A stretch of 64,000 nt of DNA, taken from assembly GCA_049287205.1 (NCBI GenBank), contig JBAQFJ010000001.1, positions 255,041 to 319,040 on the forward strand, in the 5' to 3' direction. The first letter of the stretch is position 1, and the number at the start of each line of letters is the position of its first letter. Below the pieces are notes generated by a model that had not been told where the DNA came from, searched no databases, and saw only the letters and a program-made list of their open reading frames with translations. The position numbers and the translations under genes were made by a program. The DNA comes from Microgenomates group bacterium. GTDB taxonomy: Bacteria > Patescibacteriota > Microgenomatia > UBA10105 > UBA927. Shown one piece after another: positions 10,405 to 18,581 of this stretch.

Positions 10405-10620
10405 TTATTGTATTTCTACAATTTTGTGTTTGCCCGTTGCCCCTGTAATAAGCTGCACATTCCGTTTGTGGACATGGAAATACTCAGCGAGTGCGAGAAT
10501 AACCGCGTGATTTGCTTTTCCTTCCAAAGGCGGTTCATGAACGTAGACACGCAGTACTCTTAAGAGATCTTTTTCGATGCGTGGCTTTTTAGCATTGGGA
10601 TGAGCGATGATCAAATACTT
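10405..10620 (-). CDS. DUF167/YggU-family small protein
   Basis: 'PPLEGKANHAVILALAEYFHVHKRNVQLITGATGKHKIVEI' aligns with the E. coli YggU core '[41 protein letters not shown]'; start set at MKYLIIA. Confidence 0.5.
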   Translation of the reverse strand, partial: KYLIIAHPNAKKPRIEKDLLRVLRVYVHEPPLEGKANHAVILALAEYFHVHKRNVQLITGATGKHKIVEIQ

Positions 10621-10636
10621 CATGCAAGGTACTGTA

Positions 10637-11620
10637 CTATTTTTTAAGAACTGAATGTTCAATTCTAAATTCGATTCCCAAATCTTTTTGACCAGATTCC
10701 ATGATGAGGATTTTATATAATCCATCAGGAAGTGATGTGAGACATGGATTGGTGTAGGTGAATAGTGCGGTTGGTTTTTTTATTCCGTTATCATCTTGCG
10801 TTGTTGATTTGAGTGTCGTGAGTGTGCTGTCGCAGCGAGGCTTTGTCATCGGTAGGCTAAAGAGGGTAATTTGTATCGGTTTTGTTGTTTGGCGATATAT
10901 CACTCCTGTAATAGTGCCCGATGGATTATATGTCAGTACAGTTCCATTGATCTTTGCTTTTGTAGCTTTGGCAACATATGTGTCAGTCGGTTTGTTCAGT
11001 ATAAATTGGTTGAATGTAATGCCGAGCGCTAGTGCAATAGAAAGAAAGACAAAAGCTTTATATGGATTCACTGTTACCTTTGGCCAGTAAGACGTTTTTT
11101 TGAGATACGTGCCGCTGAGATTCATGAGTCGTATATGAATAATGTATTCTTGAGCGAGTTTTAGTATGGTAAGCGCTATGATGACATAGGTAAGAAGTGG
11201 TTGTGCAAAAAAGAATTGTTCTTGATGCACTATGTGAGCGACTAAATAGTAATAGAACAGTGATTCAAATACGTTTGGAAATAGGAAAAAAATAATTCCT
11301 TTTTGATAGAGGAGATACAGAAGTTGTCCAACCGTTCGATAGAGAAAAAGAAAGATGAACAGATTTTTAACTGGAACGTTTGTATATAATACAAAAATAA
11401 ATATCCAGATATACCACCAATAGTCCATTATTTTGTCGTACGTACTATATTGATGTCGTGCGTACCCGCTTCGTTTTATGATTTCTCCATCAAATCCATC
11501 TAGGATAAAAATGACGAGTGTGGAAAAAATTGGGGAAATGAAAATGAAGGGGCCAAAAAACAATCGAAGTATAACGTCAAACTTTGTGAGTTGCGTGAAA
11601 AATGACATGCTTTTTTTCAT
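10637..11620 (-). CDS. integral membrane protein with a CDP-alcohol phosphatidyltransferase-like motif plus C-terminal extracytoplasmic domain
   Basis: N-terminal about 200 aa polytopic; 'LDGFDGEIIKRSGYARHQYSTYDKIMD' loosely fits D-G-x2-A-R...G-x3-D-x3-D; divergent to the PlsC-like gene. Confidence 0.35.
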   Translation of the reverse strand: MKKSMSFFTQLTKFDVILRLFFGPFIFISPIFSTLVIFILDGFDGEIIKRSGYARHQYSTYDKIMDYWWYIWIFIFVLYTNVPVKNLFIFLFLYRTVGQLLYLLYQKGIIFFLFPNVFESLFYYYLVAHIVHQEQFFFAQPLLTYVIIALTILKLAQEYIIHIRLMNLSGTYLKKTSYWPKVTVNPYKAFVFLSIALALGITFNQFILNKPTDTYVAKATKAKINGTVLTYNPSGTITGVIYRQTTKPIQITLFSLPMTKPRCDSTLTTLKSTTQDDNGIKKPTALFTYTNPCLTSLPDGLYKILIMESGQKDLGIEFRIEHSVLKK

Positions 11621-11712
11621 AGTTCCCTTACTTTATAATAAGGAGCAATTTTTTATGATGCAATAGTGAATAGCAAGATGAAGTAATTGTTCAAATTGCA
11701 TATACTAGTAGT

Positions 11713-12579
11713 ATGATTCCAAAGATTAACGAAATTACTGCAAAAACAATATTTACTAAATCAGGTCTTCCTGCTTCAGACTGGGTGATTAATCCATATA
11801 ATGGCTGCCTGTTTGGGTGTTCCTATTGTTACGCGGCACAGATTGCCAGATGGAAACACCCAGGCGAAGAATGGGGAACGTACTTAGATGTGAAGATGAA
11901 TGCGCCGGAACTTCTAAAAATTGAACTTACGAAACTGGAAAAGAAACTGCATACGAAGGACTTCGGTGCAGTGTTTTTTAGTTCTGTGACAGACCCCTAT
12001 GTTGGTATGGAGGCAAAATACAAATTGACGAGACAATGTCTTGAGGTACTCGCGGATTTTGGGTATGAAGGAGTCATTAATATTCAAACAAAATCTGATC
12101 TGGTGACGAGGGACATTGATGTATTGAAGCGACTCAAACAGGTGAGTGTCGGCTGTACCGTGACAACGCTCGATGATGCAGTTTCTCGATATTTTGAAGG
12201 GATTGCACCATCTGTCACCAAACGGATTGCTGGACTTAGGACATTGCATGAAGCAGGTATTTCTACCTATGCATTTATTGGGCCAATATTGCCGACCGTA
12301 CTTGCGGATGAACAGCAGATTACTACCGTACTTAACGCATTGGAGGCAGCAAGAGTGGAAACAGCGTGGTTTGAGCATATTCATTTAGTCGGTGTTGTGA
12401 AACAGCGGTTGTATGAATATATTCAAGAAACAAAACCTGCATTATTGCCGTATTTTGAAACCGCAGATACAAAAGAATACCGAGCGAACGTAAACGCGAT
12501 TATCCTGCGTGCGATGCAGGGGAGACCTATGAAGTTTGCAATGGGAGAAGTGATTTTCCATCGAGAACTAAAAAAGTAA
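11713..12579 (+). CDS. radical SAM protein, SplB/DNA-photolyase-like family (COG1533-type)
   Basis: CxxxCxxC cluster 'GCLFGCSYCYA' near the N-terminus; about 290 aa, the size and layout typical of this family. Confidence 0.6.
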   Translation: MIPKINEITAKTIFTKSGLPASDWVINPYNGCLFGCSYCYAAQIARWKHPGEEWGTYLDVKMNAPELLKIELTKLEKKLHTKDFGAVFFSSVTDPYVGMEAKYKLTRQCLEVLADFGYEGVINIQTKSDLVTRDIDVLKRLKQVSVGCTVTTLDDAVSRYFEGIAPSVTKRIAGLRTLHEAGISTYAFIGPILPTVLADEQQITTVLNALEAARVETAWFEHIHLVGVVKQRLYEYIQETKPALLPYFETADTKEYRANVNAIILRAMQGRPMKFAMGEVIFHRELKK

Positions 12580-12720
12580 GCATTCGTATTTCTTCACACG
12601 AGATACATTTTATTGTTTCTCTCAAATTGTTGTGCTAGTATGCACTATACTTGCCAACATAAGAATCAAAAACGCCTAACGGATGCCGTTAGATACGGGT
12701 TTATTTTTTTGTTTTTTGAT

Positions 12721-12765
12721 CATTACCATACTTTATTTTTGATGCCTTCTAAAGGAGGGGGTATC
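12721..12765 (+). repeat. copy 1 of a roughly 48-nt conserved intergenic element (ends in a strong SD-like AAAGGAGGGGG)
   Basis: 'cattaccatactttatttttgatgccttctaaaggagggggtatc' is about 80% identical to 16320..16370; in both loci it lies upstream of a paralogous small-protein gene. Confidence 0.5.
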
Positions 12766-12822
12766 GTTCCAATTCGTCTGATTAATGTTTTATCCCTATA
12801 GTGTATGAAAGGAGTTGTTTCG

Positions 12823-13131
12823 ATGAAAATTGATTCGAAGATAGAAAGGGCACATTTAACAGTAACGAAAGTCGGTGATCAGTATCAGATCATCGGTCAT
12901 CGTCACGGTAGCAGCGACAGAACAGTGACGCTCAGTGAGGAGCAGATGACCAAGATCGCAGCATTGAATCTGTATCAGACGCACCCCGTCAACAAAACTC
13001 CCCTTGAGAAAGTGCAAGTGACCATGCAGGTACACGACCCAGTCGCGCAATGGTGGTATTTTGATGCCTTCACTGTGAAGGTTTATCTGCGCGATTTTGC
13101 ACGCGTCTGGAAGACTCTGACACAGAAATAA
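12823..13131 (+). CDS. hypothetical small protein (paralog of 16371..16694)
   Basis: 102 aa from ATG at 12823, RBS GAAAGGAG 8 nt upstream; weak but collinear similarity to the 16371 protein (e.g. 'DRTVTLSEEQMTKI' vs 'GEITITETVDTI', 'TPLEKVQVTMQVHD' vs 'EPLFFEKYPVWMMQKRDD'). Confidence 0.5.
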   Translation: MKIDSKIERAHLTVTKVGDQYQIIGHRHGSSDRTVTLSEEQMTKIAALNLYQTHPVNKTPLEKVQVTMQVHDPVAQWWYFDAFTVKVYLRDFARVWKTLTQK

Positions 13132-13151
13132 AGCATGTGAACAATAATACC

Positions 13152-13192
13152 GGGAGGTGTATCTACAATTTTGATACACCTCCGTTTTTTTT
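13152..13192 (+). terminator. rho-independent terminator
   Basis: 11-bp stem 'ggaggtgtatc...gatacacctcc' followed by an 8-nt T-run. Confidence 0.7.
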
Positions 13193-13226
13193 GGCTTACT
13201 GATTATGACAGGTATGATTTGTCGAC

Positions 13227-13991
13227 ATGTATTACAATATATCTATGACAATTACATTTCTTGGTGCAAATGCGTGGTTTGATACGGAGACGGGGAATAC
13301 CCCCAGTATTCTTATCGACAGTGAAAAAGCGTATATCGTGCTGGATGCGGGAAACGGCATCTATAAACTTGACCGGTATATAAAAGACACGGAAAAACCA
13401 ATTTATCTGTTTATTTCCCATTTGCATATGGATCATATTTCTGGGTTGCATCTGTTGAATAAGTTTCATTTTCCTCAAGGAATGAGTCTGGTCGTTCCGG
13501 AGGTTTTTGCACCTGCCCTGACAATCGTGTTTCAACCTCCATATATGGCGCCTCCGGATAAATTGAATCTAAAGGTGACTGTTGTACCAATTCATGAGGG
13601 GGAAAATAGTGTGCCTCTCGCGTTTTCAGCGTTTAAAATGTTTCATTCGTCAATGGATTTCGGGTATCGGTTTACCCTTGAAAACAAGGTGATCGCGTAT
13701 TCAGGTGATACGGGTATTTGTGATAATGAGTTACCACTTGCTCATGAAGCTGATGTCTTAATTTATGAATGTTCCAACGAGCCAGGACACCCACAAAGTC
13801 CATGGGGACATATGAATCCGACCGAGGCTGCAACAGTGGCAAAAAATGCCGGTGCAAAACAACTTCTTTTGATGCATTTTGCTCCGAATTTGTATCCGAA
13901 TTTAGAGTCTAGAAAGGAAGCGGAAAACGTGGCGAGAGCAATATTTCCATATACTAAAGCAATGGTAGATGATGATCAGATAGTTCTGTAG
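13227..13991 (+). CDS. MBL-fold metallo-hydrolase (RNase Z / beta-lactamase superfamily)
   Basis: 'ISHLHMDHISGL' (HxHxDH motif); C-terminal His/Asp ligands 'GHMNPTEA...LLMHF'. Confidence 0.65.
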   Translation: MYYNISMTITFLGANAWFDTETGNTPSILIDSEKAYIVLDAGNGIYKLDRYIKDTEKPIYLFISHLHMDHISGLHLLNKFHFPQGMSLVVPEVFAPALTIVFQPPYMAPPDKLNLKVTVVPIHEGENSVPLAFSAFKMFHSSMDFGYRFTLENKVIAYSGDTGICDNELPLAHEADVLIYECSNEPGHPQSPWGHMNPTEAATVAKNAGAKQLLLMHFAPNLYPNLESRKEAENVARAIFPYTKAMVDDDQIVL

Positions 13992-14039
13992 TGAGTTTTC
14001 ATTTAGCTTCATTTTTCTTCAGTATGAATGGGGTATATC

Positions 14040-14068
14040 TTGACAAATACATAGGCTTATAGTATAAT
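14040..14068 (+). promoter_or_regulatory. perfect sigma-70 consensus promoter (TTGACA-17 nt-TATAAT)
   Basis: TTGACA at 14040-14045, 17-nt spacer, TATAAT at 14063-14068; reads toward the lipoprotein gene about 470 nt downstream. Confidence 0.6.
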
Positions 14069-14541
14069 ATGCTGTTCTTTCAAATGCCTATCTATTTGAA
14101 CAATATCAGCTAGAATCCTAGCGTGCCTATCTCACGTGCGATCTCTAAAAGACCTATAACCATGGTTTCTTTTTTGAGAGTGGAAGAAGGCTGATTTTTT
14201 TGTGGCTATTTTTGGTCATTGGAGGCTTGTTTTGAAGCTATTATGCTTTGAAGCTGGCGTTCACTGACTAAAGCGAAAGCTTTTAGGCAAGTGATACTCG
14301 TACGCTGAGTCACTTTTAGCCTCACCAGCTCGCTGGGGAGTGTCTGGAAATGACATCGGCAACAAGAGGATGAATGTGTTTGTTGCTCATTAACAAGGAA
14401 ATATATATTTGCAAGATGAGGGGAATTGTACTCCCATAACCTGGTATTCCACATCGTGGTATCAGATTTTGGGGGTACATTTGACCCAAAAATATCAGCA
14501 ATTCTGCTGAAATCATATTCTTCAACCCTAGGAGGTTTGAA

Positions 14542-15105
14542 ATGGATTACGAGATGAAACAGGTGTATAAAGGGTTTTTTGTCGGAATGGCGATTCTTTT
14601 CTTTGCCATGTTTTTTGTGGGCTGTGCGAAACAGGAAATCCCATTGCCAGCGGACGCACAAAATGTTGTTGAAACAAACAACATGATTGTCTACACGACT
14701 TCTGACAATCAAGAACACGTTATCTGCAAAAACCAAAGCGACATAATTTTCAGCAAGGAAGCGGTAATGCTTGATAGTCCAAGCTGTGATGATGAAAAAG
14801 GTGAATTGCAGATTTCAACAACCGATGGGTTACTGAAACTAAGCGTTGTTTTTTTGACAGACACGCCGAGCGCGAATCACGTTTCTGTGTCCTATCACTT
14901 TCGGTTGCAGGAAAAAGACGATTTAAACGAGCGATTTTTTGAAAACTGTGTTGTGCAGATCGGCGCAAACGATTCAGTTCCGATGATCGGTTTGTCTGCA
15001 TTTAGTTTTGTTGTCGAGGAAGACGCGACCGTATCAATTCTTTGCTCGCTTGACGACTTCACAGTAAAGGCTGAATTTCCGGTTATCTCGGAAAAAGTCG
15101 AGTAA
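14542..15105 (+). CDS. hypothetical lipoprotein
   Basis: RBS 'ctaggaggtttgaaATG'; signal peptide ending in lipobox-like 'FFVGC'; 187 aa. Confidence 0.55.
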   Translation: MDYEMKQVYKGFFVGMAILFFAMFFVGCAKQEIPLPADAQNVVETNNMIVYTTSDNQEHVICKNQSDIIFSKEAVMLDSPSCDDEKGELQISTTDGLLKLSVVFLTDTPSANHVSVSYHFRLQEKDDLNERFFENCVVQIGANDSVPMIGLSAFSFVVEEDATVSILCSLDDFTVKAEFPVISEKVE

Positions 15106-15418
15106 TCTTGCAATAACGGTATAGCTATATACCTTTTTCGTGTTCTAGACACAAATAGCCAACAATAACATTCATTTAACTCAGGGAGGACTCAAAGAAT
15201 GGTGATTCATTTCACTTTTTTTCTTTTTGTTCTCCCTGGTATTTTCCACATATTCATTTTTTTGATGATGGCGATGTGAAACATACCATAAGAGGGTAGG
15301 AAGCTGCTTATTGGGACAACAAATTCTCTCTACCGAGGATGCGGAAGATAGCCAAGTCCTTGATGCTTGGAGAGGTTCTCGATAAGTAGCTTTCTGCTCT
15401 TTTTTTATGGGGATTAGG

Positions 15419-15426
15419 TGTATAAT
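15419..15426 (+). promoter_or_regulatory. TG-extended -10 promoter element (gTGTATAAT)
   Basis: Same TGTATAAT configuration as the promoter upstream of tRNA-Leu (42326-42333). Confidence 0.35.
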
Positions 15427-15482
15427 AGGTATAGATTTTGCTCATTAAAAATCATATTTTTAGGTTAGCAAGCCAGCAAGTA

Positions 15483-15506
15483 CAAAGTTCGATTCTTTGC
15501 CCCGTT
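15483..15506 (+). other. tRNA 3'-end-like fragment (T-arm plus acceptor-like strand), not a complete tRNA
   Basis: 'caaag TTCGATT ctttg' is a perfect 5-bp stem with canonical T-loop (T-Psi-C-R-A-N-Y), followed by 'ccccgtt'; no matching 5' acceptor, D or anticodon arms. Confidence 0.3.
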
Positions 15507-15533
15507 TCTGATATTTCTGGAAAGGACTTGCCT

Positions 15534-15629
15534 ATGATTACATTGTCAGTAAATTTTTTTGTATTGTTTAGTTGCATTTTGAAAGTATTAAAAAATATCG
15601 TAAATAATTTTGGTAATCTGCTGGCCTAA
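15534..15629 (+). CDS. possible 31-aa hydrophobic micro-protein
   Basis: 'MITLSVNFFVLFSCILKVLKNIVNNFGNLLA'; RBS 'aaagga' 8 nt upstream; about 110 nt downstream of the TGTATAAT promoter. Confidence 0.2.
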   Translation: MITLSVNFFVLFSCILKVLKNIVNNFGNLLA

Positions 15630-15652
15630 AAATATGATTAGGGGGAAGTAAT

Positions 15653-16156
15653 TTATTTTCCGCAGTTTGGCCATGCCGCAAGCCCCGCAGTTGATGTTTT
15701 GAATGCCGCAGTTTTTATGGCTTCTTCTGCATTAAACCGCAAATCAGGATTGGTATCCATCTGCATTGCAGCGCGTGTCGACTTCCATGTTGCAGGTGAG
15801 AATTGAAAAAGACCTCCATAAATGCCATTGGTGGCAGAAGGTCTGAGTCCTGATTCACAGACGGCGATATTCCAGAATTTCTGTCGGTCAATGCTGTAGT
15901 GATTGCTGTATTTTGTAAACCATTCGTCCAGTTGTGCAGCTGTTACAGGAATTGGAGTAGGTTTTGGAGTGGGGGAAGGAGTGGCTGTTGGTTTTTGTGT
16001 GGGTGTTGCTGTCGGTTTTTGTGTTGGGATCGCTGTGGGGGTAGGCATAGGAAGAGGAGTCGGTGTCGGAGTAGGAGTGATGATACCGATAATCAAGGCA
16101 CCTGTGGTGAACACTCGTGTTATGTGGGAAAACAGTTGTTGTATCCATGTACCCAT
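15653..16156 (-). CDS. Rpf-like transglycosylase (resuscitation-promoting-factor-type lysozyme-like domain) with Pro/Thr linker
   Basis: '[28 protein letters not shown]' matches the Rpf core 'CESGGNW...GYYGGLQFS..TW'; N-terminal TM anchor and a long TPTPTP...[13 protein letters not shown] linker. Confidence 0.7.
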   Translation of the reverse strand: MGTWIQQLFSHITRVFTTGALIIGIITPTPTPTPLPMPTPTAIPTQKPTATPTQKPTATPSPTPKPTPIPVTAAQLDEWFTKYSNHYSIDRQKFWNIAVCESGLRPSATNGIYGGLFQFSPATWKSTRAAMQMDTNPDLRFNAEEAIKTAAFKTSTAGLAAWPNCGK

Positions 16157-16319
16157 AGAAGATTCCAGTATATCGGGGAATCATGCAGAATACAAAATAA
16201 ATCCTATAACAATTGTTTCTTGAAGCTGTTGGTGGTACAATTTCACACAAGTTTTACAGAATTAAATTTTTGACTTGATTGCAAGGCTTTCTATTTTTTT
16301 CTTAGGAAACAGTTTTGTT

Positions 16320-16370
16320 CATTCACAATGCTTTATTTTTACGCATGCTTCCAAAAGGAGGGGGCATATC
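16320..16370 (+). repeat. copy 2 of the roughly 48-nt conserved intergenic element
   Basis: 'cattcacaatgctttatttttacgcatgcttccaaaaggagggggcatatc' sits immediately 5' of the ATG at 16371. Confidence 0.5.
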
Positions 16371-16694
16371 ATGGTGAGTGTAGGTACGAAGGTGGATAAG
16401 CAACTGCTCCCATTTTATTTTCATCATTTGGGAGATGGGGAAGTGCAGTTACTATTTTCTTCATTTGATGGAGAAATAACTATTACTGAAACAGTAGATA
16501 CCATCCGTTCTTGGATGCGTATGAACGTCGGCGAGCCTTTGTTTTTTGAAAAATATCCTGTGTGGATGATGCAAAAACGAGACGATGCAACATTAGTCGT
16601 TTGTCTCCGATCGCATCGCAATACTATTTTTCCCCGGGATATCTATATCAAAGATCTGGGCGCGCTACTTCAAACTATAGACGATGCCAAATGA
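16371..16694 (+). CDS. hypothetical small protein (paralog of 12823..13131)
   Basis: 108 aa; strong RBS AAAGGAGGGGG 5 nt upstream. Confidence 0.5.
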   Translation: MVSVGTKVDKQLLPFYFHHLGDGEVQLLFSSFDGEITITETVDTIRSWMRMNVGEPLFFEKYPVWMMQKRDDATLVVCLRSHRNTIFPRDIYIKDLGALLQTIDDAK

Positions 16695-16701
16695 GGAGGG
16701 C

Positions 16702-17136
16702 ATGATGATATATAATTTACAAAAAACACCACCTGTACAAAATTCTGCTGATCATCCGCGACCAAACATTAATATTACACCGTTACAGGAAGTAAAGCTG
16801 GCGGCAGCGAAAAAGGCAGACAAGGCGCAATTTTCCGTAAAGCGACTTGGGGGGAAAGGGATTCGATTTCTCATCATTGCCTCATTTCAACCAAAAGGGG
16901 TGAGCAAATCGTTTATATCCAAGAAATATATCGAAGCGATGGGAATGCTTGCATTTGGAAAAGAATTGCCTCAGCGCCACTCGGTATTGATGTTTACTAC
17001 ATTGGAATATGCCGGGGATATCCCAAATGAAATGGTATTTACGTTTCATTTTGTTCCACTTAAAGGAATTCATAATGGGATTGTCCATATCCGGTGTGAG
17101 GATTTTTTTGCTGCGTTAAAAGAATTAAAAAAATAA
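16702..17136 (+). CDS. hypothetical protein
   Basis: about 145 aa; perfect SD GAGGAGGG just upstream of ATG 16702/16705; no recognisable motif. Confidence 0.45.
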   Translation: MMIYNLQKTPPVQNSADHPRPNINITPLQEVKLAAAKKADKAQFSVKRLGGKGIRFLIIASFQPKGVSKSFISKKYIEAMGMLAFGKELPQRHSVLMFTTLEYAGDIPNEMVFTFHFVPLKGIHNGIVHIRCEDFFAALKELKK

Positions 17137-17155
17137 AGCAATTGTTTGAATGAAA

Positions 17156-17200
17156 AACCTGGGAAGTATCCACAAGCAACACGATACCCCAGGTTTTTTA
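17156..17200. terminator. bidirectional rho-independent terminator between convergent genes
   Basis: 'aaaaa cctgggaagtatc...gatacccc agg tttttt': GC-rich stem flanked by an A-run 5' and a T-run 3'. Confidence 0.6.
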
Positions 17201-17212
17201 TTGGGAAAATGT

Positions 17213-18433
17213 TTATTTCTGAAACAGTATTTCTCGAAGCCTGGGATCTAGTTTTTTCTTTTTTTGTGGTGCGCATAAAGCGGCAATTACTGCGCCTTCT
17301 GCACAACCGTTAACACTGAAGTTATCACTGAATAGTGTTGGCGGGGCAAACCCCCGTTGTTTTGCAATAATTTGTGTTGTTCGTTCCATAAGTCCTTTGA
17401 CGCGGAATCCGCCGCCATGATAGGCAATTGCCGTATCTGTCGGAGTTTTCATGATACCGTTGATATTGGCAGCGCCGATAAGACCGTGTGCAAACAAAAG
17501 CGCCGCATTATTGTAGAGATCCCGTGCGAATGTGTCGCCGTATTGATAGAGCCCACTTATTTCTTTTCCGCTCAGTCGTTGACCCATTTGTTGCAGCCAA
17601 ATTGCCTCAATACCCGCGCCACTTGCCGCAACGCGTTCGATACAGACATAGCTTCTTCCGAGCATCCCGCATGGAGTTTTTTGGTGATAGGGATTTAATG
17701 CATCGATGACCGGTACATGTCCGACTTCCATTGCGATAATGTATCCGTTGATGAGTGCTGCAAGCCCATCGCCGCCACCGTTTATAGGAAAAAGAATCGA
17801 ACCGTTTGTATCAAGCAGCCCTTCCTGAATGAGTTGTTTTTGTGCGGCAATGGCCGCTGTTTTGATGCCAGCCTGTGCGTCGTTGTTGGCGATAAGAAGC
17901 GTCGGGAAAAGTTCTTGAAAATCGCCATGATATTTTTCTTGCATCAGATGAAATAAATCAGTTGCGTTGGGAATGGAGATCGGTTTTGTTCCTTCCAGTG
18001 GACCGCCATAGGAAATGGCAACACCTGTGTTTGTATTTTCTGCTTCTCTTGCAATGCGTTCAAAAAATGGCAGATAATTTGCCCCATCTTTTACTTTTTT
18101 TTCTGTTTTGACTTGCTGTTCGATGGCGACGAGGGATCCGAATCGCACTTCATAGGGGATGACTGTTGCCTTGTCCCCGCCAAAATCAATGGAAACAATG
18201 CGTTCTCCTTCATGCTTTCTGATTTTTTCCATTGCACTACCCGCGTCAAACGGTTCAACGGTTCGTGCCATGATACTATCTTCAGTGAATAGTGCGAGCT
18301 GATCATTCCGGATATCTGGAATTGGGAGGAGTGATAATTTATCGATTTGAGGTCTTTCACCACAGGGAATGCGAAAAAATTCGTGGTGCTCGTATAAAGG
18401 ATAGTTGACGCTTTTTACTTCAACACCTGTCAT
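17213..18433 (-). CDS. ROK-family sugar kinase-like protein (ASKHA fold) with about 80-aa N-terminal extension
   Basis: Phosphate-1 motif 'IVSIDFGGDKATV'; ROK signature 'GGGDGLAALINGYIIAMEVGHV' and Zn-site-like 'CGMLGRSYVCIE'. Confidence 0.55.
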   Translation of the reverse strand: MTGVEVKSVNYPLYEHHEFFRIPCGERPQIDKLSLLPIPDIRNDQLALFTEDSIMARTVEPFDAGSAMEKIRKHEGERIVSIDFGGDKATVIPYEVRFGSLVAIEQQVKTEKKVKDGANYLPFFERIAREAENTNTGVAISYGGPLEGTKPISIPNATDLFHLMQEKYHGDFQELFPTLLIANNDAQAGIKTAAIAAQKQLIQEGLLDTNGSILFPINGGGDGLAALINGYIIAMEVGHVPVIDALNPYHQKTPCGMLGRSYVCIERVAASGAGIEAIWLQQMGQRLSGKEISGLYQYGDTFARDLYNNAALLFAHGLIGAANINGIMKTPTDTAIAYHGGGFRVKGLMERTTQIIAKQRGFAPPTLFSDNFSVNGCAEGAVIAALCAPQKKKKLDPRLREILFQK

Positions 18434-18568
18434 AACTGTATTGGTTGGGCAGGTTGCTACAGTTCTTTCGAAACGCTGGATATTCTATATCACACTGATT
18501 TTGAATACACAATAACGGAAATTGTGACACATCCGCAAATTGGGTATTTCTTTTTTTATCGCGTTCCA

Positions 18569-18574
18569 TATAAT
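18569..18574 (+). promoter_or_regulatory. -10 element (cCATATAAT) positioned for a leaderless transcript of the YhhQ-like gene
   Basis: TATAAT ends 7 nt before ATG 18582; no SD. Confidence 0.3.
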
Positions 18575-18581
18575 ACGGAGT

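Noticed and set aside
12613-12801. 62-aa ORF spanning the conserved 48-nt element
   Set aside because: It reads straight through the SD-like AAAGGAGGGGG and terminates at the TAG just before the real gene. There is no RBS of its own, and the conservation is at nucleotide level in both copies, not in a protein frame.
14206-14736. 176-aa minus-strand ORF spanning the long leader and the lipoprotein start
   Set aside because: No RBS or motif. It overlaps a consensus promoter-driven leader and the start of a gene with a strong RBS. Considered spurious.
15470-15512. Possible complete tRNA gene around the TTCGATT T-loop
   Set aside because: Only the T-arm and a 3' acceptor-like strand can be folded. 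No complementary 5' acceptor strand and no D or anticodon arms exist in the AT-rich upstream sequence. Kept only as a tRNA 3'-fragment-like element.
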